Origin: Acidobacteriota bacterium
GTDB lineage: Bacteria > Actinomycetota > Thermoleophilia > Gaiellales > Gaiellaceae
NCBI GenBank assembly: GCA_028876365.1
Contig: JAGWRZ010000019.1
Span: forward strand, 1-59,563
Reading direction: 5' to 3'
DNA length: 59,563 nt
The translations under genes were made by a program, and so were the position numbers. Positions 27,802 to 35,459 of the stretch are shown piece by piece (the stretch's first letter is position 1; each line of letters begins with the position of its first letter). Under the pieces are notes generated by a model. That model ran no database searches. It was not told where the DNA came from and saw only the letters and a list, made by a program, of their open reading frames with translations.

Positions 27802-28778
27802 GGCGGCTGCTCGAGGTCGCGGCGCCCGCGGCGCTCGTGCTCGCGACCGCGCTGCTCGGGCTCGCCGTCTCGAGCGCGCTCCAGACCTACTTCCTCGACA
27901 CGCTCGTGAAGGTCGCGATCGTCGTCGCGCTGTATGTCTTCATCGGCAACTCGGGCGTCCTCTCGTTCGGGCACATCTCGTTCGTCGCGCTCGGCGTGTG
28001 GACGGCGGGCGTTCTCACGGTGCCCGCGGCGGAGCGGACGGCCATCATGCCGGGGCTCGCCGGCTTCCTCAGCCACGCAACCGTCGGCAACGTGCCGTCG
28101 CTCCTGCTCGCCGCGCTCGCCGGCCTCGTCTTCGCGTTCGCCGTCGGACTGCCGCTCATGCGCCTCTCGGGGCTCGCCGCCGGGATCGCCACCTTCGGCG
28201 TGCTCGAGATCGTGAACAACGTGCTGCGCTACTACGACAAGATCGGGCCGGGGCTGAACGCGTTCTCGTCGGTGCCGGAGACCACCGGTATCTGGCAGGC
28301 GGCGATCGGTGCGCTGATCTGCGTCGTCGTCGCGTTCGCGTACCAGCGCAGCCGTTTCGGCCGCCAGCTCCGCGCGACCCGCGAGGATCCGGCCGCCGCG
28401 TCCGCGGCCGGGATCTCCATCTACCGTCAGCGTCTCCTCGCCTTCGCCGTGTCGGGAGGGCTGGCGGGGCTCGCGGGCGGTCTCTACGTCCATCTTCTGC
28501 CGATCGAGATCGACTCGCTCTATCTCGACCTGACCTTCATCACGCTCGCCATGCTCGTCGTCGGCGGCTCCGGCAGCCTGCTCGGCGCCGTCGTCGGGGC
28601 GCTCGCGATCGGGGGTCTCGACTCGTTCCTCTCCGCGGCGGAGAACGGCGTCGACATCTTCGGCTGGAACCTGAATCTCCCGACCGGCACCTCCGTCCTC
28701 GCCGTCGGCGCGCTGATGGCCCTGATCCTCGTCGTGCGCCCGAGCGGGATCACCGGCGGCCGCGAGCTCGGCCGATGA
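27798..28778 (+). CDS. HAAT-family ABC permease (LivM-like), normal length (326 aa)
   Basis: GTGA overlap. Motifs are IGNSGVLSFGHISFVALG and GRQLRATREDPAAASAAGI. Confidence 0.88.
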   Translation: MRRLLEVAAPAALVLATALLGLAVSSALQTYFLDTLVKVAIVVALYVFIGNSGVLSFGHISFVALGVWTAGVLTVPAAERTAIMPGLAGFLSHATVGNVPSLLLAALAGLVFAFAVGLPLMRLSGLAAGIATFGVLEIVNNVLRYYDKIGPGLNAFSSVPETTGIWQAAIGALICVVVAFAYQRSRFGRQLRATREDPAAASAAGISIYRQRLLAFAVSGGLAGLAGGLYVHLLPIEIDSLYLDLTFITLAMLVVGGSGSLLGAVVGALAIGGLDSFLSAAENGVDIFGWNLNLPTGTSVLAVGALMALILVVRPSGITGGRELGR

Positions 28779-29677
28779 AGGTCGTGGTCGCAGGCGCGGG
28801 CACGATCGGGAGCCTCGTCGCAGCGCACCTCGCGCGCGTCGCCGACGTGGGCATCCTCGCGCGGCGCGAGGATCATGCCCGCGCCTTGAACGAGCGCGGT
28901 CTCCGTGTCTCGGGCCGTTCCGACTTCACCGCATCCCTGCGGGCCTCGACCGACGCCGCCGACCTCGGCGAGGCGGACCTCGTCGTGGTCGCATGCAAGG
29001 GCGGGGACCTCGAGCGGCTCGCAGCGAGCCTCGCCGGGCGCTTCGCGGGCGCGACGATCATGACCATGCAGAACGGGCTCGGGGCCGAGGAGATCGTCGC
29101 CGCGCACGGAGAGTGGCCGCTGCTCTCGTCGGTCACGTTCATGAGCGGGACGCGGCACGACGACACCCACGTCGAGTACGTCCTCGACACCGCCACGTGG
29201 ATAGGGCCGTACCGCGGAACGACGGCCGCCGACGCGGAGGCGGTCGCCGAGCTCATCCGATCGTCCGGCCTCGCGGCAGAGGCCTTCGACGACCTTCGGC
29301 CTGCGCAGTGGTCGAAGCTCGTCTTCAACGCGACCGTCAACACGGTCGCCGCGATGACGGGGCTTCCACACGACTTCCACTTCGCTCAGGGCCTGCTCGG
29401 CGACCTCGTCCGCGACCTCGTGAACGAGGGCAAGGCGGTCGCGGCCGCCGCCGGCGTCGAGCTCCGCGAGGACCCGTGGGAGATGAACGTGCACGCGACC
29501 CGGCGCGGGCACGCGCACCACCCGTCCATGCTCGAAGACGTGAACGCGCATCGGCCGACGGAGATCGATCTGATCTCGGGATCGCTCGTGCGCGAGGCGG
29601 GGCGGCACCGCGTCGCGGTGCCGCTGCACACGGCGATGGTCGCTCTCGTCAAGGCAAAGGAGGCAAGCTACTCGTGA
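28775..29677 (+). CDS. 2-dehydropantoate 2-reductase (PanE/ApbA) family oxidoreductase, copy 1
   Basis: ATGA overlap. The sequence reads MKVVVAGAGTIGSLVAAHL...TMQNGLG...WSKLVFNATVN...HPSMLEDV..RPTEID. Confidence 0.85.
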   Translation: MKVVVAGAGTIGSLVAAHLARVADVGILARREDHARALNERGLRVSGRSDFTASLRASTDAADLGEADLVVVACKGGDLERLAASLAGRFAGATIMTMQNGLGAEEIVAAHGEWPLLSSVTFMSGTRHDDTHVEYVLDTATWIGPYRGTTAADAEAVAELIRSSGLAAEAFDDLRPAQWSKLVFNATVNTVAAMTGLPHDFHFAQGLLGDLVRDLVNEGKAVAAAAGVELREDPWEMNVHATRRGHAHHPSMLEDVNAHRPTEIDLISGSLVREAGRHRVAVPLHTAMVALVKAKEASYS

Positions 29678-30594
29678 GGATCTGCATCGTGGGATGCGGT
29701 GCCGTCGGATCGCTGTTCGCGGCGAATCTCGCCCGCCTCGACGACGTTGAGGTCTGGGCCTACGACCTTTCGCGTGAGCACGTCGACGCGATCAACGCGA
29801 ACGGCCTGCATCTCTCCGGCGCAGGTGACGTCGTCGGGCACCCCCGCGCGACGTCTGACGCTGCCGGGCTGCCGCCGTGTGACTTCGGCATCGTCGCGAC
29901 GAAGGCGATGCACACGAGCGCGGCGATCGCCGCGACGGCGCACGCGTTCGCGGACGGCTGCGTGGCGACCGTTCAGAACGGCCTCGGCAACGAGGAAGCG
30001 ATCGCCGAGCACGTCGCGAGGGTGATCCGCGGGACGACGTTCCCCGCGGGGAAGATCCTCGCGCCCGGTCGGGTGCAGTGGGACGTGAAGGGAGACACGA
30101 CGATCGGCCCGTTCGAGCCGAGCCCGGCGCCGTTCGCGGAGATCGAACGCCTCGCCGACGCATGCTCGCGCGCAGGGATGCCGACGATCGCCGTCGAGGA
30201 CGCTCGCGGCCCGCAGTGGCGCAAGGTGATCTTCAACGCCTCCACGAATCCGATCGGCGCTCTCACCGGGCTCACGCACGGGCGTCTGTGCGAACGGCCG
30301 GACCTGCGCGCGCTCGTGTCCCGCCTCGTCGACGAGGGGAAGGCGGTCGCCGCGGCGCAGGGCATCGAGCTCGACGCCGACCCCGAGGCGCTCATCGACC
30401 ACGCGGCCAGGCCCGACGTCGCATACGGCCACAAGGCGTCGATGCTCCAGGACGTCGAGGCGCGACGGACGACCGAGATCGACTACCTCAACGGCGGTAT
30501 CGTCCGGGTCGGGCGGGAGCACGACGTGCCGACGCCGTTGAATCAGGCGATCTGGGCGCTCGTGAAAGGGGTGGAGGACTCGTGGACGAAATGA
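29674..30594 (+). CDS. 2-dehydropantoate 2-reductase (PanE/ApbA) family oxidoreductase, copy 2
   Basis: GTGA overlap. The sequence reads RICIVGCGAVGSLFAANL...TVQNGLG...WRKVIFNASTN...KASMLQDVEARRTTEIDYLNG. Confidence 0.85.
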   Translation: MRICIVGCGAVGSLFAANLARLDDVEVWAYDLSREHVDAINANGLHLSGAGDVVGHPRATSDAAGLPPCDFGIVATKAMHTSAAIAATAHAFADGCVATVQNGLGNEEAIAEHVARVIRGTTFPAGKILAPGRVQWDVKGDTTIGPFEPSPAPFAEIERLADACSRAGMPTIAVEDARGPQWRKVIFNASTNPIGALTGLTHGRLCERPDLRALVSRLVDEGKAVAAAQGIELDADPEALIDHAARPDVAYGHKASMLQDVEARRTTEIDYLNGGIVRVGREHDVPTPLNQAIWALVKGVEDSWTK

Positions 30595-31643
30595 GGCGAC
30601 GGCACGCCAACGTGCGGGCTGCGCTCGCCCGTGACGGCCTGGACGCGGCGATCGTCTGCGGCTCGGAGTACACGGGCTTCGAGGGCGCCGTCACGTACGT
30701 CTCCGGCTTCACGATCGTGCACCGTTACGCGTACGTGCTCATTCCCGTGGACGGAGACCCGACGATCGTCTTTCCGAGCGAGGCGCGCTACGTCGGCGAG
30801 CACGGCGACTCCGCGATCGCCGACCAGCAGTTCGTCGACCGCCCGGGCGCGTGGCTCGCCGACCGATTGCGCGGGAAGCGCGTCGGGGTCTACGGACTGG
30901 ACTACGTCATGACCGTGCGCGACTACGCGGCGCTGAGCGCTGCGGCCGAGCTCGTCGGCTGGGATGTCGAATTCGACCATGCGCGGGCCGTCAAGTCGGA
31001 CGCCGAGCTCGAGTCCGTGCGCGAAAGCGTCGCCATCAACGTCGACGGCTTCCACGCGTTCCGCGCCGCCTACGCGCCGGGCAGGACGGCGGCCGAGGTG
31101 ATGGCGCCCGCGGAGAAGCTGTTCGTCGAGCGCGGGTGCGGGAGGCTGACGATGAACATGGTGCTCGTCGGCGCCGAGTTCACGCTCGCGCGAAGCGGCA
31201 CGACTCTGGGAGAGTTCTGCGTTCCCTCGCTCGAGGTGGCCGGGCCCGGAGGCCACTGGGTCGAGGTCTCGCGCGCGCTCGGCGCTCCCAGCGCGGAGGT
31301 ATCGCGCATGCTCGAGGCGTACGAGGAGTACTACGACACGGCGAAGAGCGCGCTCCATGCCGGCGCGACGGCGCACGACGTCCACCGCGCGGTGTCGAAG
31401 GGCTTCACCGAACGGGGCTATCACCTCGGGCACGTCACCGGGCACTCGATCGGTATGACGATGATCGAGTTTCCGAAGATCGGCGAGGGCGTCGAGACCG
31501 AGCTCGCGAAGAACATGGTGTTCTCCATGCATCCGCACGCGATCTCCGCCGACGGTCGACAATGTCTCTACATGCAGGACACGTGGCTCGTCACCGAGAA
31601 CGGCGGCGTCCCTCTCGCCGGGCTCGACCTGAGGATCTGGTGA
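30591..31643 (+). CDS. M24-fold (creatinase/prolidase-like) protein with a non-canonical metal site
   Basis: ATGA overlap. An N-terminal creatinase-like domain precedes a pita-bread domain. The aligned ligand positions read LEV..VEVSR / GHSIG / SMHPH / MQD, by eye. Confidence 0.8.
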   Translation: MRRRHANVRAALARDGLDAAIVCGSEYTGFEGAVTYVSGFTIVHRYAYVLIPVDGDPTIVFPSEARYVGEHGDSAIADQQFVDRPGAWLADRLRGKRVGVYGLDYVMTVRDYAALSAAAELVGWDVEFDHARAVKSDAELESVRESVAINVDGFHAFRAAYAPGRTAAEVMAPAEKLFVERGCGRLTMNMVLVGAEFTLARSGTTLGEFCVPSLEVAGPGGHWVEVSRALGAPSAEVSRMLEAYEEYYDTAKSALHAGATAHDVHRAVSKGFTERGYHLGHVTGHSIGMTMIEFPKIGEGVETELAKNMVFSMHPHAISADGRQCLYMQDTWLVTENGGVPLAGLDLRIW

Positions 31644-32347
31644 TGGCGGAGGACGAGTACGCACCGATCCTCCCGGGCGCGGGAGGGAGCGACTACGAGA
31701 GGTATCTGCGCACGGACGAGCTGCTCTCGCTCCAGAAGACCGAGGACGAGTGGGTCCACCGGGACGAGCTGCTCTTCCAGACGGTGCACCAGTCGTCGGA
31801 GCTGTGGCTGAAGCATGCCTGGAACGAGGCCGAGGAGGCGACGCGTCTCCTGCAGGCCGGCGATTTCGCGGGCGCGCGGCGGCTGCTCCGGCGCGCGAAC
31901 GCGAGCATCCGCTACGTCGTCGGGTTCCTCGAGCACCTGGAGCTGATGTCCCCCTGGGAGTACCAGGAGGTGCGGCGCGTCCTCGGCCACGGCTCGGGAT
32001 TCGACTCGCCGGGCTTCCGGGAGATCCGCCGCGTCTCGCCGCTCCTGTACGCCGCGTTCGAGTCGGTTCTCCGCGGGCGCGACCTGTCGCTGCTCGACCT
32101 CTACGTCCACGGACGCGAGCACGAGGATCTCTACCAGCTCGCAGAGCTGTTGATCGACTGGGACGAGCAGGTCGGCATCTGGCGCTTCCGGCACGTGAAG
32201 ATGGTCGGCCGGGTCATCGGGGAGGACGTCGTCGGCACCCAGGGCACGCCGGTGGAGCTGCTCGCCGGTCTGATCAAGCACAAGATGTTCCCCGACCTCT
32301 GGCGTGTGCGCACCGAGCTCACCGAGCTCGCCAAAGAGTCGGATTGA
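31643..32347 (+). CDS. tryptophan 2,3-dioxygenase family haem protein
   Basis: The ATG overlaps the previous TGA by 1 nt. 234 aa. The sequence YERYLRTDELLSLQ...FQTVHQSSELWLK...GSGFDSPGFREI...WRFRHVKMVGRVIG carries TDO hallmark segments, including the candidate distal and proximal His. Confidence 0.8.
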   Translation: MAEDEYAPILPGAGGSDYERYLRTDELLSLQKTEDEWVHRDELLFQTVHQSSELWLKHAWNEAEEATRLLQAGDFAGARRLLRRANASIRYVVGFLEHLELMSPWEYQEVRRVLGHGSGFDSPGFREIRRVSPLLYAAFESVLRGRDLSLLDLYVHGREHEDLYQLAELLIDWDEQVGIWRFRHVKMVGRVIGEDVVGTQGTPVELLAGLIKHKMFPDLWRVRTELTELAKESD

Positions 32348-33267
32348 TCCCGCTCGACGAGATTCGCCGCGCGCGCGAGCGCATCGGCGACGACGTGTTC
32401 CGCACGCCGCTCGTCCGGCTCGACGAGCGCACGTGGCTCAAGCTCGAGAATCTCCAGCCGATCGGGTCGTTCAAGCTGCGCGGCGCGCTCTCCGCGATCC
32501 GCGCTGCCTCGCGCGGCGAGCTCGAGGGCGGGGTGGTCACCGCGAGCGCGGGAAACATGGCGCAAGGCGTCGCCTGGGCGGCGCGCGAGGCGGGCGTGCC
32601 GGCGCGCGTCATCGCCCCGGCCGATGCGCCGCGCGCGAAGCTCGACGCCGTCGAGCGCCTCGGCGCCGAGATCGTCCCGGTGACCCACGAGGAGTGGTGG
32701 CAGGCGATGGTCGATCGCGGCCGGCCCGGTGTCGAAGGGCTCTTCGTCCATCCCGTGGAGGACGAGATGGTCATGGCCGGGAACGGGTCGATCGGGCTCG
32801 AGCTCGTGGAGGACCTGGATTCCTTCGACGCCGTCGTCGTCCCGTGGGGCGGCGGGGGCCTGACGACGGGGATCGCGAGCGCGATCAAGGCGTTGCGGCC
32901 GGGCGTCCGCGTCGTCACCGCCGAGCCGGAGACCGCGGCGCCGCTCGCTGCATCGATCGCGGCGGGTCAGCCCGCCGGCATCGACTACCGGCCGTCGTTC
33001 GTCGACGGCGCCGGCGGCCGCGCGCTGCTGCCGACGATGTGGGAGCGGGCGCGCGAGCTCGTCGACGAGGCGATCGCAGTCCCGCTCTCCGAGGTGGAGG
33101 AGGCGATGCGCGTCCTCGCTTCCGGCGCGCACGTCGTCGCAGAAGGGGCGGGCGCGCTCGCGCTCGCCGCGGCGCGTCGCCGCGAGGACCGATGCGTCTG
33201 CATCGTCTCCGGCGGCAACGTCGACGCCGCCGTGCTCGCGAAGGTCTTACTGGGCGAAAGTCCCTAG
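32344..33267 (+). CDS. PLP-dependent threonine/serine dehydratase-like (fold-type II) enzyme
   Basis: The TTG start overlaps the TDO stop (TTGA). The PLP lysine motif is GSFKLRGA and the glycine loop is PWGGGGLTTG. Confidence 0.82.
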   Translation: MIPLDEIRRARERIGDDVFRTPLVRLDERTWLKLENLQPIGSFKLRGALSAIRAASRGELEGGVVTASAGNMAQGVAWAAREAGVPARVIAPADAPRAKLDAVERLGAEIVPVTHEEWWQAMVDRGRPGVEGLFVHPVEDEMVMAGNGSIGLELVEDLDSFDAVVVPWGGGGLTTGIASAIKALRPGVRVVTAEPETAAPLAASIAAGQPAGIDYRPSFVDGAGGRALLPTMWERARELVDEAIAVPLSEVEEAMRVLASGAHVVAEGAGALALAAARRREDRCVCIVSGGNVDAAVLAKVLLGESP

Positions 33268-34419
33268 CTCGGCCAGGAAGCCGTCGATCTCCTCGGCGGT
33301 GTTGTAGTGGATGAGGCCGACGCGCAACGCCTCGTGCGGATACGGCAGCTTCTCGCGGAGGCCGAGCGAGTACCAGCTGTCGTGCGCCCACACGCCGAAG
33401 CCGCGCCTGCCCATCGCCTGCGCGATCTCCGTCGCGGGCACGCCGTCGAGATTGAGCAGGAACGTGGGCAGGCGGTTCGCCATCGTCTGCTCGCCGTACA
33501 CCGTCGCAGACTCGGGCAGGCCGTCGAGGAAGCGCCGGCCCAGCTCGTGCTCGTAGGCGCGCAGGACCTCCATGCCGCCGATCGACTCGAGATAGGCGAT
33601 GGTCGCGCTGAAGCCGGCGAAGAGCTCGTACGGGGCCGTTCCCGGCTCGAAGCGGCGACCGACGGGATGATTCGACGCCGGCCGCGCCTTGTACGGGCGC
33701 CAGCTCTCGAGCAGCTCGTGACGTGCATAGGCGACGCCGAGATGGGGCCCGCAGAACTTGTACGCGGATGCGATGAAGACGTCGCAGCCGAGGGCGACCA
33801 CGTCGACCGGCTCGTGCGCCGCGTACTGCACCGCATCGAACCAGGACAGGGCGCCGACGGAGTGCGCGAGCTCGCTCACGCGCTTCATGTCCACGATCGT
33901 CCCCAGCGCGTTCGACGATGCGACCGTCGCGACGACGCGCACGCGATCGTCGAGCTTCCGTTCGAGGTCGTCGAGATCGAGGCGCAGGTCCTCGGTGACC
34001 TCGATCCAGTCGACCTCGAGCCCGCGGTCGGCCGCGAGCTCGACCCATGGTGCCACGCCGCCGTCGTGATCGAGGCGCGACACGAGAATGCGGTCGCCCT
34101 CCTTCCAGTCGCGTGACGCCGTGCGCGAGAGCGTGAAGTCGAGCACCGTCATGTTCGTCCCGAAGACGACGTCGTCCGGCGAGCAGTTGAGGAAGCGGCC
34201 CGCGTCGGCACGGGCGCGGTCGACGATCTCCTCGACCCTTCTGCCCGTCGCGTACGGCGCGCCGAGGTTGCCGCTCGCGTCGCGTAGTGCGTCCGCGATC
34301 GCGCGCCCGACCTCGTCCGGGACCTGCGAGCCGCCGGGCGCGTCCAGGAACGCGAAACCGCCGCGAAGCGACGAGAACCGCTGACGGACTGCGCCGACGT
34401 CGAGTACGGTCGCGCTCAT
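33247..34419 (-). CDS. class-V aminotransferase / cysteine-desulfurase-like protein
   Basis: 390 aa. The sequence reads RQRFSSL...FLDAPGGSQVP and the PLP-lysine region is SAYKFCGPHLG. It overlaps the preceding gene's 3' end by 21 nt (convergent). Confidence 0.85.
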   Translation of the reverse strand: MSATVLDVGAVRQRFSSLRGGFAFLDAPGGSQVPDEVGRAIADALRDASGNLGAPYATGRRVEEIVDRARADAGRFLNCSPDDVVFGTNMTVLDFTLSRTASRDWKEGDRILVSRLDHDGGVAPWVELAADRGLEVDWIEVTEDLRLDLDDLERKLDDRVRVVATVASSNALGTIVDMKRVSELAHSVGALSWFDAVQYAAHEPVDVVALGCDVFIASAYKFCGPHLGVAYARHELLESWRPYKARPASNHPVGRRFEPGTAPYELFAGFSATIAYLESIGGMEVLRAYEHELGRRFLDGLPESATVYGEQTMANRLPTFLLNLDGVPATEIAQAMGRRGFGVWAHDSWYSLGLREKLPYPHEALRVGLIHYNTAEEIDGFLAELGTFAQ

Positions 34420-35347
34420 GGACCGAGCCTACCTGGGCGGGACTTCGGTATCGCGCGTCATCCTCGGCTGCGGCAACTTCGGCGGCGTCGGGTCGGCGCC
34501 CGCCTTCTTCGGTCGTGGGGAGACGAAGGAGGAGGCCTTCGCCGTCATGGACGCGGCGTGGGATGCGGGCATCACCACCTTCGACACGGCCGACGCCTAC
34601 GGCGGCGGGCGGAGCGAGACGTTCATCGGCGAGTGGCTGCGGTCTCGGCGTCCCGACGGGATCGTCGTCGAGACGAAGACGTTCAACCCGATGGACGAGG
34701 GCGCCGACCACGGCCTCGCGCCGGCGCGGATCCGTCGGCAGCTCGAGAGCAGCCTCGGCCGTCTCGGCCTCGAGCGCGTCGACCTCTACCTCACGCATGC
34801 CTGGGACGCCGACGTCCCGATCGCCGAGACGGCGGGCGCGCTCGACGACCTCGTCGCCGAGGGGAAGATCGGCGCCTACGGCCTCTCGAACGTCGGGGGC
34901 GGCGAGCTCCGGGAGGCGCTTTTGGCGGGCTCGTTCGGCTGGGTGCAGAACGCGTACTCGCTCCTCGAGCGCGAGGCCGAGGCCGAGGTGCTCCCCCTGT
35001 GCGCGGAGCGGGGGCTCGGCTTCGAGCCCTTCAGCCCGCTCGCCGGCGGCTGGCTGACCGGCAAGTACCGCCGCGGACGGGACGCGCCGGCGGGATCGCG
35101 GATGACGATGAGGCCCGAGCCGTACGCCCGTTTCCGCTCGGATGCCGTCTTCGACCGGCTCGAGCGCCTCGCGACGATGGGCGACCCCGCGACGCTCGCG
35201 CTCGCGTGGCTCCTCGCCGATCCGCGGGTGACCGCGATCGTCGTCGGGCCGCGGCGTCCCGGGCACCTCGCTCCTGCGCTCGCCGCGCTCGAGCGCCCGC
35301 TCGCGCCTTCCGACCGCGACGAGCTCTCCACGCTCTTCGCGGCGTGA
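34418..35347 (+). CDS. aldo/keto reductase
   Basis: 309 aa. The sequence reads VSRVILGCGNFGG...GITTFDTADAYGGGRSE...DLYLTHAWD...GLSNV. Confidence 0.9.
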   Translation: MDRAYLGGTSVSRVILGCGNFGGVGSAPAFFGRGETKEEAFAVMDAAWDAGITTFDTADAYGGGRSETFIGEWLRSRRPDGIVVETKTFNPMDEGADHGLAPARIRRQLESSLGRLGLERVDLYLTHAWDADVPIAETAGALDDLVAEGKIGAYGLSNVGGGELREALLAGSFGWVQNAYSLLEREAEAEVLPLCAERGLGFEPFSPLAGGWLTGKYRRGRDAPAGSRMTMRPEPYARFRSDAVFDRLERLATMGDPATLALAWLLADPRVTAIVVGPRRPGHLAPALAALERPLAPSDRDELSTLFAA

Positions 35348-35459
35348 GCGCAGCTTCCCGTCGCGCCCGCTCCGCCACTTGGAGCCCGCGCCCTTCTCGT
35401 GGAAGATCGGAGCCTCGTGCTCCGTCTTGGGTCCACACCCGCTACAGGGAGGTAGGTGA

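Noticed and set aside
31643-32347. Annotating the operon as a kynurenine pathway (kynA-kynB-kynU)
   Set aside because: Only the dioxygenase-family gene is present. No formamidase or kynureninase is recognisable anywhere in the window.
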